Shown one piece after another: positions 1 to 7,788 of a stretch of 35,835 nucleotides of DNA. This DNA comes from Verrucomicrobiota bacterium (GTDB taxonomy: Bacteria > Verrucomicrobiota > Verrucomicrobiia > Limisphaerales > CAIQOK01), in NCBI GenBank assembly GCA_043781315.1, contig JAYWBR010000269.1, forward strand, positions 1 to 35,835, written 5' to 3'. Below the pieces are notes generated by a model that saw only the letters and a program-made list of their open reading frames with translations, was not told the DNA's origin and made no database searches. The position numbers and the translations under genes were made by a program. Position 1 is the first letter of the stretch; the number at the start of each line of letters is the position of its first letter.

Positions 1-212
1 AGATCGGCGTTCTCCTTGGTCCAAACGGCGAAATCAATCCGTTTCACGACTGCGGGAATCATGAACGAGGCGAGAATGGCGATGATGGCAAGCACGCCAA
101 TAAACTCAACGAGCGTAAAGGCAGAATGGCGGCGACGGGCCAGCGCTTGGCACCGGAGCGCATTCCTTTTCGCGCTGCAACGGCAGCGAGCTGATGTGCG
201 CAAAGTATTCAT
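1..212 (-). CDS. Prepilin-type N-terminal cleavage/methylation protein (pilin/pseudopilin), 3' end runs off the window
   Basis: Not in the ORF track. Manual translation from ATG at 212 gives MNTLRTSARCRCSAKRNALRCQALARRRHSA|FTLVEFIGVLAIIAILASFMIPAVVKRIDF, i.e. a basic leader, F1/E5, a hydrophobic helix and P22. Confidence 0.88.
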   Translation of the reverse strand, partial: MNTLRTSARCRCSAKRNALRCQALARRRHSAFTLVEFIGVLAIIAILASFMIPAVVKRIDFAVWTKENAD

Positions 213-658
213 TTCTCAAATCGCCGCCACGGAGCTAGCCGACCAATTATCCCGCACACACTCGGAATCTATTCCTAAGTCATGGCGTGCTGCGTCCACT
301 GATACATACTTGGCAACTAACCCAGCTTCGATCCACTCCTCAGATACTAGGGGTTTGGTTATAAATTACGAGCGCGGAAAACCCCGACGGGTATCCGTTA
401 ATATACGGAGCTGCTATCGCCTGTGTCGTTGCCATTAATAGATAGTCTCCGCAATTTTTCCGGGCAACTTCCGTAGTCTTAGGCCTTGGCAAACCTCCGT
501 TTTTTTGAGATTTTATAGGCGAATGGAAATATTTAGAAGCAGGTTGGTTGCGGGGATTTTTCCGCGAGCAGTGGCCGGAGACCCAGCGCGGTTGCGGGGG
601 CAGTCGGCTCTGTCTGCTGGGCTGGTTTCATTCGAAGCTTGGTTTGGAAATCGTTGTC
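213..658. promoter_or_regulatory. Divergent promoter region between the prepilin gene and the pilus assembly operon
   Basis: Intergenic stretch between head-to-head genes, more AT-rich than the flanking CDSs. Contains inverted repeats GGGGTTT(350-356)/AAACCCC(379-385) and TCCGT-N6-ACGGA (394-409). Promoter boxes were not identified. Confidence 0.5.
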
Positions 659-2158
659 ATGGCTAGCCAATTCACACCAGCAAAAGGAGGAATGGATTTC
701 CCCGTGAGTTCCCCGGCCGCCTTGGGGATCAGTTGGTTTAACAACCAATTCAAGGCGGTCGCCATGCAGCGCGGCACCGTGACGGGTGTCTGGACGCAGG
801 TTGCGGAGTCGGCCAATGTCGGCGACTTCGAGGCCTTGTTGCGCGAGGCGGTTCACCAGACCGGCTTTCGCGGTTCCTCCGTCTTCCTGGTGCTGGCGCA
901 ATCCTGGTCCGCCCAGCAAATGGTGGATCTTCCGCCCGTCAAAGGATCGGCCTTGAAAAAAATTCTCGCGCGCCAGGCCCAGCAGCAAAAGTTTTTTTCC
1001 GGCGCGGCGGCCTGGTCCTACGAGGAATCGGTTGTTGAAGGTGACAGCCGGAGAATCATTCTGCATCTCCTGCCCCAGGCCGCCCTGAACCAGTTGACGG
1101 CGGCGTGTCAGCGCAACGGTCTGCATCTGGTTTCCGCAGTTCCCCCGTCAACGGTTTTTCAACAGCAGTTGCGCCAACTGCCGCTGGAAAAATCCGACGT
1201 GGCGCTCCTGGCCGGCGAGACGGGCGGCGGCACCACTGTCATCATTGGTCGCAATGACGGACGCGTGCTGCTTGTGCGCACCTTGCACGGCACCTGGAAG
1301 GAAGGCGGCGAGCGGCTCGCGTTGGATCTGAACCGCACGATCCAGTTTGCCAATCAGAAGTACGGGATCGCCCTGACCAAGGAGCTGTGGCTCTACGGGC
1401 CGGGCGCGGCGGAACAAGCCTTGTCCGTTCGACCGCACATGCAAAATGCCGTCGCGGGCAGTCCGGTGGAGTACGATCCGTTTTATGCGGCGACGCGCGT
1501 GCTGGCCTTGCGTCCGCAACTTACGAGCAATTTCATCAGCCCGGTGATGCAGAAAGCCCAGCAGCGGGATGTGTTCGCGCGGGCCGTGCTGGTGATGACC
1601 GCGCTGGTGGTGCTGGTGTCCCTGGCCGTCATCATTTTTGCCCTGGTGCAGGCGCGTCAGGAAAATAATTCCATCCGCCAACTGGCCGCGCAATGTCAGC
1701 GCTTGGAAGCCCAGCAAACCACTTTGGAAGCGCTCAAAAACCAACTGGCCCGCGAGCAGAGCCGCGACCAAATTGTTTTGAATGATCGTCCGCCTGCAGT
1801 GCCGCTGTGGTTGTTTGCGGCCCTGGGCGAAACCGTGCCGCCGGGTCTGACCGTCACGAACTTTCATGTCCGCCACGAGGAGAATTCTTGGAAAGTGCAG
1901 CTTGGCGGTGTGTGCCGGACGGCTGCGGATGCTGGACAGTCTCCGACCCAAACCAGTCCGGCGGCGCTGCTGGCCGCGCGCCTGGCCGGGGCCCCCTTTC
2001 ATCTGAAAATTCTGGGCGCGGATGCCGCGACCAAGGAATCATCCCGCACCGGTGCTGGCGGCATCTCCACCTGGCTGGCGAATCTGGGCAGCGCGCCGGT
2101 CGCCAAAGCGGCGGACGAGTCGGCGGGCCATTTTGAAATCGAAGGGGTGTTGCGATGA
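659..2158 (+). CDS. MshI/GspL-like (PilM-PilN fusion-type) pilus alignment protein
   Basis: Cytoplasmic PilM-like region ('RLALDLNRTIQF', 'LWLYGPGA', 'NFISP'), then one TM helix, a coiled coil and a PilN-like tail ('ALGETVPPGLTVTNF...VQLGG'). First gene of the operon. Start moved from 548 to ATG 659 (uncertain). Confidence 0.7.
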   Translation: MASQFTPAKGGMDFPVSSPAALGISWFNNQFKAVAMQRGTVTGVWTQVAESANVGDFEALLREAVHQTGFRGSSVFLVLAQSWSAQQMVDLPPVKGSALKKILARQAQQQKFFSGAAAWSYEESVVEGDSRRIILHLLPQAALNQLTAACQRNGLHLVSAVPPSTVFQQQLRQLPLEKSDVALLAGETGGGTTVIIGRNDGRVLLVRTLHGTWKEGGERLALDLNRTIQFANQKYGIALTKELWLYGPGAAEQALSVRPHMQNAVAGSPVEYDPFYAATRVLALRPQLTSNFISPVMQKAQQRDVFARAVLVMTALVVLVSLAVIIFALVQARQENNSIRQLAAQCQRLEAQQTTLEALKNQLAREQSRDQIVLNDRPPAVPLWLFAALGETVPPGLTVTNFHVRHEENSWKVQLGGVCRTAADAGQSPTQTSPAALLAARLAGAPFHLKILGADAATKESSRTGAGGISTWLANLGSAPVAKAADESAGHFEIEGVLR

Positions 2159-2793
2159 GTGAGATCGAAGTGCAACCCAAGCCTGCCGTTCCGACTCCGG
2201 TGCTTGAGCCGTTGTTTTCCCGGGTGGCCGGATTTCGCATCGTGGTGGCCGTGCTGGTGCTGGGCTCGCTGGCGGCCGCGTGGTGGAGCCTCACCCGGGT
2301 TTTGCTGCCGGCGCAACGGGAGTGCAAAGAGGCCAGCGCGAAAATGTCCCGGCTGGCCACGGCGGTGGACGACTTGCAGCGGACGTGTTCGCGGGAAACG
2401 GTCCAGCAATCCAACGCGCGCCGGGACGAGGTGCGCGCGCAACTGTTCCCGGATGAACATTCGCTGGCCGCGTGGTTGGCGGACTTGCAGGCCCAGGCCG
2501 GGCCGTTGGACTTGAGCACCCGGGCCAACTTCGGCCGCACCGTGCCGCTCACCGGCAACGCCGCCGGGTTGATGCTTATTCCCGCCACCATCGAAGTCGG
2601 CGTGTTGCACCGGGACGACGAGCGCAAGTCTCCCGGCCTGGTCAGCCAGCGGCTGGGCCAGTGGTTGCGGCAGTTGGACACCGCCGGCAGACGGATTGAT
2701 CTCGCGGAACTCACGGTGACCGGCAACGGCAGTTCCGTGGAAAGTTCCACGCTCGTGCTGAATCTCTGGGCGGAATCGGAGGCGGCCCGATGA
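2155..2793 (+). CDS. MshJ/PilO/GspM-like bitopic membrane protein
   Basis: ATGA overlap with the upstream gene. N-terminal TM helix, coiled coil and alpha/beta C-terminal part. Assigned mainly by position. Confidence 0.6.
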   Translation: MSEIEVQPKPAVPTPVLEPLFSRVAGFRIVVAVLVLGSLAAAWWSLTRVLLPAQRECKEASAKMSRLATAVDDLQRTCSRETVQQSNARRDEVRAQLFPDEHSLAAWLADLQAQAGPLDLSTRANFGRTVPLTGNAAGLMLIPATIEVGVLHRDDERKSPGLVSQRLGQWLRQLDTAGRRIDLAELTVTGNGSSVESSTLVLNLWAESEAAR

Positions 2794-3356
2794 AATTCCT
2801 GGGCAATCCGTGGTTGACGGGAACGCTGGTGATGGTGGCCGTCGGCCTGGTTATTTATCAAGTCCTCGGAACCACTGGGCGGGGTCACGCGAGTGTCGCC
2901 GCAGAACCTGTTGCCTACGCAGCCCCGCCGGCGGTCCCAGTGCCAGCTCTTGCAGTGCCGGCTGCGCCCGAACCGGCGCTGGTGCTGGATCGGAAATTTG
3001 TGGAATTGCATCTGAGTGACTGGCTCACGAAATCACAGCGGGATGTCTTCACGGCGCCGGTGGTGAAACATTGCGTTCCTTCCACCAACGGGATGGCTTC
3101 CCGCTGGCATCTGAAAGCGATCTGGGCGCAGACCGGCAGCCGGGTCGCGGCCATCAACAACAGCGTTTACAGCGAGGGTGACCACATCGAAGAGCTGACC
3201 GTCGAGCGGATCGAGGACACCCAGGTCTGGCTCAAGGGACCGGAGGGTCGGGAGTTGGTTGAGTTCGAAAGCTCGCGGACCAATGCGCCCGGCAAAAACA
3301 AAAGCGCGCCGCCGTCGCTGGCCAACCGGCAGGGCGAAACCCAGACACCCAAATAA
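2790..3356 (+). CDS. MshK/PilP/GspC-like accessory protein
   Basis: ATGA overlap. TM helix, Pro/Ala linker, 'RDVF', then a beta domain 'LKAIW...RVAAINNSVYSEGDHIEELTVERIEDTQVWL'. Sits directly before the secretin. Confidence 0.62.
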   Translation: MKFLGNPWLTGTLVMVAVGLVIYQVLGTTGRGHASVAAEPVAYAAPPAVPVPALAVPAAPEPALVLDRKFVELHLSDWLTKSQRDVFTAPVVKHCVPSTNGMASRWHLKAIWAQTGSRVAAINNSVYSEGDHIEELTVERIEDTQVWLKGPEGRELVEFESSRTNAPGKNKSAPPSLANRQGETQTPK

Positions 3357-3427
3357 AACCAACCCACAACCCTTGAGGCCAAAATAATTTTCACGCCCGT
3401 AACATTACCCTCCAACTCCTCAGACGT

Positions 3428-5197
3428 ATGAACTATAAAAAACTACTCCAGACCCAACTCACGCGGCCCGCCGTCCTCGCCGGTGCCTGTCTTCTGGCAG
3501 TGTGTGCCGCGCCCAATCTGGCGCAGGCCCGCAAGGCCAAGTTCCAGGAGATGCCCGGCATCACCAGCCCCGCAGCGGAACCGGAAACCTTGCTGGCGCT
3601 GAACACCCCGGCACCGTTGTTCGCAGTGGAAGCGCCGGCATCCGCCCCGGCGGCGATCCCGCCGGCTCCGGCCGCGGAGGTCAAGCAGCTCTATGCGTTC
3701 AAGGCCGAGGAACTGGAATTGAAAACGGCGCTCGCCCAGTTTGCCCGCGCCAATAATCTGAACATCATCCCCGACCGGGACGTCGTCGGCACCGTGACCC
3801 TCGACGTGCATGACCTGCCGCTCGAGCAGATGCTGCGCGCGCTGCTTGAAGACGGCGACTGTTTGTGGAAAGAGGATGGCGGATTGATTCGGGTGCGCAA
3901 TACCGAGACAAAAACTTTCAACGTGGATTACCTGCGTCTCTCCCGCACCAGCGTCGGCCAAAGCTCGGCCACACTGGCCTCCGGCTCCACCGGTGGCGGT
4001 GGGGGCAGCAGCGGTGGCGGCGGTGGCGGCGGTGGCAATTCGGGTAGCAGTGGCGGCGGCAGTTCCAGTTCCATCAGTGGCGCCTCCAGCGTGAACATGA
4101 CCGCCAGCAACCCGGTGGATTTTTGGAAAGAGTTGAAAGAGGAACTCGGCGCGCTGCTCACCGAAAAAGGCCGGGCTGGTTTGGCGATCAACATGACTGC
4201 CGGACTGGTGCAAGTCACCGACCGTCCGTCGGCGCTGAAACGAGTGCAGGACTATTTGAGCGGGGTGGATATTAGCGTGCATCGTCAGGTGGATCTGGAA
4301 GCGCGGATTTACGATGTCACATTAAACGATCAGTTTCAGTTCGGCATTGATTGGGCGCATGTGGCGGCGGCGTACGGCGGGACGTTGGGGTTCGGCGCGG
4401 CGACGTTTCCGGTGGCCAATGGCGGAGCGCAATTACTGGATTCGGCACTCGGAGGCATCAACCATATTTCGTCCGTCGGCAGTACGGCTTCGGCGACGCC
4501 GGGCGGAAATCTTTCCACCCTCGTGTTCAAGAACTTTAACACCCAGGCCGCCGTCAATGCGCTGGCGGAACAAGGCACCGTGGAAGTGGTTTCCAAACCG
4601 CGCATCCGCACCATGAACAATCAGACCGCGATGGTGAAGGTCGGCGAAGACGTTCCCTTCTTTAACAGCAGCACCACGACTTTGCCCGGCGCGACCATCG
4701 GCACTTCCATTCAACAGCAGAACATCACGGTCAACTCCATCACCATCGGCACCATTCTCTACATCACACCGCAGGTATCGGATGACAATTGGATCTCGCT
4801 CGACATCTCCCCGGTGCTGACCAGTTTGAAACAGGTGGTCACCTTTGGCGGCACCGGCAGCGGCACGGGCAGCACCGGCGGCAGCGGCGCCACCGCGCCG
4901 GACTTGGACACCAAGCAGGCGTCCACGTTGGTGCGAGTGCGCGACGGCACCACCATCGTCATCGGCGGTTTGATCCAGACCCAGACGGCGATCAACAACA
5001 AGAAAGTTCCGTTGCTTGGAGATATTCCGTGGATGGGGAAACTGTTTACGGGCACGTTCCGGTTCAAGCAGAAGAAGGAAATGGTCATGTTCATCACGCC
5101 GCACATCATCCGCGACGGACAGGAACCGCCGTTGCCGGCGACTCCGGCGGAGGAAGAATGGAAAATCATCCAGCACGTCAAGCAGGCCAAGAAATAA
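3428..5197 (+). CDS. Outer-membrane secretin, MshL-like (GspD/PilQ superfamily)
   Basis: Signal peptide and STN/N0-like domain. 'ETKTFNVDYL' followed by a Gly/Ser-rich loop as in MshL. Secretin core with 'QVDLEARI', 'SKPRIRTMNNQTA', 'DGTTIVIGGLI...KVPLLGDIPWMGKLF' and 'FITPHII'. Confidence 0.95.
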   Translation: MNYKKLLQTQLTRPAVLAGACLLAVCAAPNLAQARKAKFQEMPGITSPAAEPETLLALNTPAPLFAVEAPASAPAAIPPAPAAEVKQLYAFKAEELELKTALAQFARANNLNIIPDRDVVGTVTLDVHDLPLEQMLRALLEDGDCLWKEDGGLIRVRNTETKTFNVDYLRLSRTSVGQSSATLASGSTGGGGGSSGGGGGGGGNSGSSGGGSSSSISGASSVNMTASNPVDFWKELKEELGALLTEKGRAGLAINMTAGLVQVTDRPSALKRVQDYLSGVDISVHRQVDLEARIYDVTLNDQFQFGIDWAHVAAAYGGTLGFGAATFPVANGGAQLLDSALGGINHISSVGSTASATPGGNLSTLVFKNFNTQAAVNALAEQGTVEVVSKPRIRTMNNQTAMVKVGEDVPFFNSSTTTLPGATIGTSIQQQNITVNSITIGTILYITPQVSDDNWISLDISPVLTSLKQVVTFGGTGSGTGSTGGSGATAPDLDTKQASTLVRVRDGTTIVIGGLIQTQTAINNKKVPLLGDIPWMGKLFTGTFRFKQKKEMVMFITPHIIRDGQEPPLPATPAEEEWKIIQHVKQAKK

Positions 5198-5224
5198 AAT
5201 GCGCCGCTTGCTTTAACACTTTGC

Positions 5225-5271
5225 GGCCGGCCGGGTGGATTGGGCAATTGCAGCCAATCCCCCGGCCGGTC
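5225..5271. promoter_or_regulatory. Long GC-rich stem-loop between secretin and pilin genes
   Basis: GGCCGGCCGGG(T)GGATTGG (5225-5243) pairs with CCAATCCCCCGGCCGGTC (5254-5271). It is followed by an A-tract, not a U-tract, on the sense strand. Confidence 0.6.
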
Positions 5272-5322
5272 ACAGAAAAAAAACAAACCTAGTTCAGTTA
5301 ACCAATCCAAAATAAAAAACGT

Positions 5323-5907
5323 ATGAAACTCATCACATCAAACAAACCAAGCCAAAAGGCCTTCACCCTGATCGAAATGATCGGCGTGCTGGCCGTCATC
5401 GCCATCCTCGCCGCGCTGCTCATCCCGAAAGTGTTCAGCGCCATCAACCAGGCCCGGGTCAACGGGGTGTCCATCACCATCAACACCGTCAAGTCCGCCA
5501 CGGCGGATCACTACGGTAAGTTTGGCAAGTTCGATACTCAGGGGGGAACGACTAGTCTGACACTTCCTTGCACGAACTTCGACAATGTGCTGCTGACGGA
5601 AGGCTTCATTGACAAGCCGTTCACCACCAAGATTGGCACCAACTCCGTGCTGCAACTCGTAGCTGGTGGTTCGGAAAATGGCACGGGTGGTTACAAACTC
5701 GACGGTGTCAATTCGGGCACAACCAACGCATCCTTCGTGGTTGAAGCCGTGATGTACGGCGTCACCAAGCAGGATGCCAAAGACCTCAATGATCTGATTG
5801 ATGGCACCGCACTCGGTGCGGCGGCCGGCAGCACTGACAACAAGGGCCGGGTGGAATACGCGGGCACCGACCCGACCACGGTGTACATCTACGTCACCCA
5901 TCGCTGA
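5323..5907 (+). CDS. Type IV pilin / pseudopilin, probable major subunit
   Basis: MKLITSNKPSQKA|FTLIEMIGVLAVIAILAALLIP class III signal. 181-aa mature protein with an A-rich upstream leader. Confidence 0.92.
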   Translation: MKLITSNKPSQKAFTLIEMIGVLAVIAILAALLIPKVFSAINQARVNGVSITINTVKSATADHYGKFGKFDTQGGTTSLTLPCTNFDNVLLTEGFIDKPFTTKIGTNSVLQLVAGGSENGTGGYKLDGVNSGTTNASFVVEAVMYGVTKQDAKDLNDLIDGTALGAAAGSTDNKGRVEYAGTDPTTVYIYVTHR

Positions 5908-5934
5908 TTCGTAGCTGACGTTCGACTCCGTTTG

Positions 5935-5996
5935 GATTCGCAACTGAAATTCGGGAGGGCGGACGGCCGTGCGCGGTCGTCCGTCCCCTGCGAATC
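5935..5996 (+). promoter_or_regulatory. Stem-loop downstream of the pilin gene (mRNA stabiliser or attenuator candidate)
   Basis: 13-bp stem 5957-5969/5974-5986 (two G-U pairs), enclosed by GATTCGCA(5935-5942)/TGCGAATC(5989-5996). No U-tract. Confidence 0.55.
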
Positions 5997-6064
5997 GTTG
6001 CGCACGGATTCCGGCAGCACCCGGTCGGCAAACCCCAGTTTGCTGCGGACGAAAAAACAAGCCC

Positions 6065-7774
6065 ATGGCCAGCGCCAAACCACCGACGATGCTGGGCGAG
6101 CAGTTGCTCGCCGAGGGACTGATCACCGACGCGCAGTTGGAACTCGCCCGCCGCGAGCAACAGCGCAACGGCGGCCAGTTGACGCACGTCCTCATCCAGC
6201 TCGCCATCGTCGCCCCGGAAAAACTGGCGGAATTTCTCGGCCGCAAAGCCGGCAGCCGCGCGGTGAATCTCAGCCGCGTGACCGTGGATCAAAACGTCCT
6301 CACGCTGATCCCGGCGGACGTGGCCCGCCGTTGTCTGGCCATGCCGTTGTCGCGTACGAACGGCACCCTCACCGTGGCCTTGGCGGATCCATTCGATGTC
6401 GCCGCCATTGACACCCTCCAGCAAATCGCCGGGCTGGAGATTGATGTCGTCACCGCGCCCGAACGCGACATCCTCAACTGTCTCGAACTTTATTACAGCA
6501 CTGGCGACACCATCGGCGAATCCATTGACAAGATTCTCGAGGAGAAGGACCGCCACGCCGCCCAATCGCTGGACGAACTCCTCAGCCGCCTCACCACCAG
6601 CGACGACGATGCCCCCGTCATCCGTGTCGTCCGCCAGATCATCACCCGCGCCGTGAACGGCCGCGCCAGTGACATCCATTTTGAACCCGAAGAAAAAATG
6701 ATGCGCGTGCGCACCCGCGTGGACGGCGTGCTGCACCAGGACGCGCTGATTCCGAAAGCGATGCAGTCCGCAGTGGTCACGCGTCTGAAAATTCTCGCCG
6801 ATCTCGACCTGACGGAATCGCGCGTGCCGCAGGATGGTCGCGCCAGCGTCTTGATCGGCGGCCGGCATGTGAACCTGCGCGTGTCCAGCCTGCCCACCAG
6901 TTTTGGCGAGAACATAGTCGCGCGCATCCTCGATCCCAGCGCGCAGGTTCTGACGTTGGCCTCGCTGGGTTTTGCGGCGGACGAGCAGGAAAAATTTCGC
7001 GAGCTGTTCAACCAGCCGTATGGCGTGGTGCTCGTGACTGGCCCGACGGGCAGCGGCAAAAGCACGACGCTGTACGCCGTGCTGCAGGAAGTCAGCACGA
7101 TGGACGTGAGCACGTTCACGCTGGAAGACCCGATTGAATACCGGATGCCGCTGGTGCGCCAGACGCAGGTGCGGGAGGAAATCGGACTCACCTTCAGCAG
7201 CGGACTGCGCGCGCTGCTGCGGCAGGACCCGGACATCATTCTCGTGGGCGAAACGCGCGACACCGAGACGGCGCAGCTCATGGTGCGCGCGGCCTTGACG
7301 GGGCACCTGGTGCTTTCGACCCTGCACACAAACGACGCGCCGGGGGCGATTCCACGGTTGCTCGACATGGGGGTGGACGCATTTTTGTTGCCCGCCAGTC
7401 TGCTGGGCGTGCTGGCGCAACGGCTGGTGCGTACGAACTGCGAACATTGCAAGGAGGAGATCAAAAATCCGGAGGCCATTTTCGAGCGGCTGAAAATTTT
7501 CCCGCCGCCCGGCCTGCCGCTGCGGTTGTGGCGCGGCAAGGGTTGCAACGAATGCAATCAAACGGGCTACAAAGGCCGCGTGGGCATTTATGAATTGATG
7601 AAGCTGGACGAAAGCTTCCACGATCCCATTCTCCGCCGCGCCGGCGCGCCGGAATTTCTGCGGCTCGCGCGCGAGCGCGGCATGACCAGCATGTTTGAAG
7701 ACGGCGTGCGCAAAGCCCTGCAAAGCCTGACGACGATTGAGGAGCTGCTGCGCATCACTCAGATCAACCGCTGA
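6065..7774 (+). CDS. GspE/PulE/PilB-family assembly ATPase with N-terminal MshEN-like domain
   Basis: 'RASDIHFEP', 'RVPQDGR', Walker A GPTGSGKST, 'TLEDPIEY', 'LRQDPDIILVGE', 'TGHLVLSTLHTND' and Zn motif CEHC...CNEC. Start moved to ATG 6065. Confidence 0.96.
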   Translation: MASAKPPTMLGEQLLAEGLITDAQLELARREQQRNGGQLTHVLIQLAIVAPEKLAEFLGRKAGSRAVNLSRVTVDQNVLTLIPADVARRCLAMPLSRTNGTLTVALADPFDVAAIDTLQQIAGLEIDVVTAPERDILNCLELYYSTGDTIGESIDKILEEKDRHAAQSLDELLSRLTTSDDDAPVIRVVRQIITRAVNGRASDIHFEPEEKMMRVRTRVDGVLHQDALIPKAMQSAVVTRLKILADLDLTESRVPQDGRASVLIGGRHVNLRVSSLPTSFGENIVARILDPSAQVLTLASLGFAADEQEKFRELFNQPYGVVLVTGPTGSGKSTTLYAVLQEVSTMDVSTFTLEDPIEYRMPLVRQTQVREEIGLTFSSGLRALLRQDPDIILVGETRDTETAQLMVRAALTGHLVLSTLHTNDAPGAIPRLLDMGVDAFLLPASLLGVLAQRLVRTNCEHCKEEIKNPEAIFERLKIFPPPGLPLRLWRGKGCNECNQTGYKGRVGIYELMKLDESFHDPILRRAGAPEFLRLARERGMTSMFEDGVRKALQSLTTIEELLRITQINR

Positions 7775-7788
7775 CGAGGACACAAGCC

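Noticed and set aside
16-438. 140-aa plus-strand ORF in the track
   Set aside because: Antisense shadow of the prepilin gene at 1-212 (minus strand), with no recognisable motifs.
3428-3530. Secretin as a lipoprotein
   Set aside because: The Cys contexts (AGAC, LAVC) fit the lipobox poorly and an AQA signal peptidase I site follows. Unresolved without SignalP.
3985-4085. GGC/GGT-rich low-complexity tract in the secretin
   Set aside because: It encodes the Gly/Ser loop usual in MshL-type secretins and is imperfect and in frame, so it is not a separate repeat element.
5276-5283. A8 tract upstream of the pilin as a phase-variation switch
   Set aside because: It is short and part of a generally A-rich leader, and it is not placed between identifiable promoter boxes.
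5323-5907. Pilin as an electrically conductive e-pilin linked to the cytochromes
   Set aside because: Hand count gives 14 F/Y and no W in 181 residues (~8%), with an aromatic-free gap of over 30 residues. Nothing ties it to the cytochromes except proximity.
5908-6064. c-di-GMP riboswitch or tRNA in the pilin-ATPase spacer
   Set aside because: GGCAAAC and GTTCGA words occur, but I could not build the GEMM two-stem architecture or a cloverleaf. An Rfam scan would settle it.
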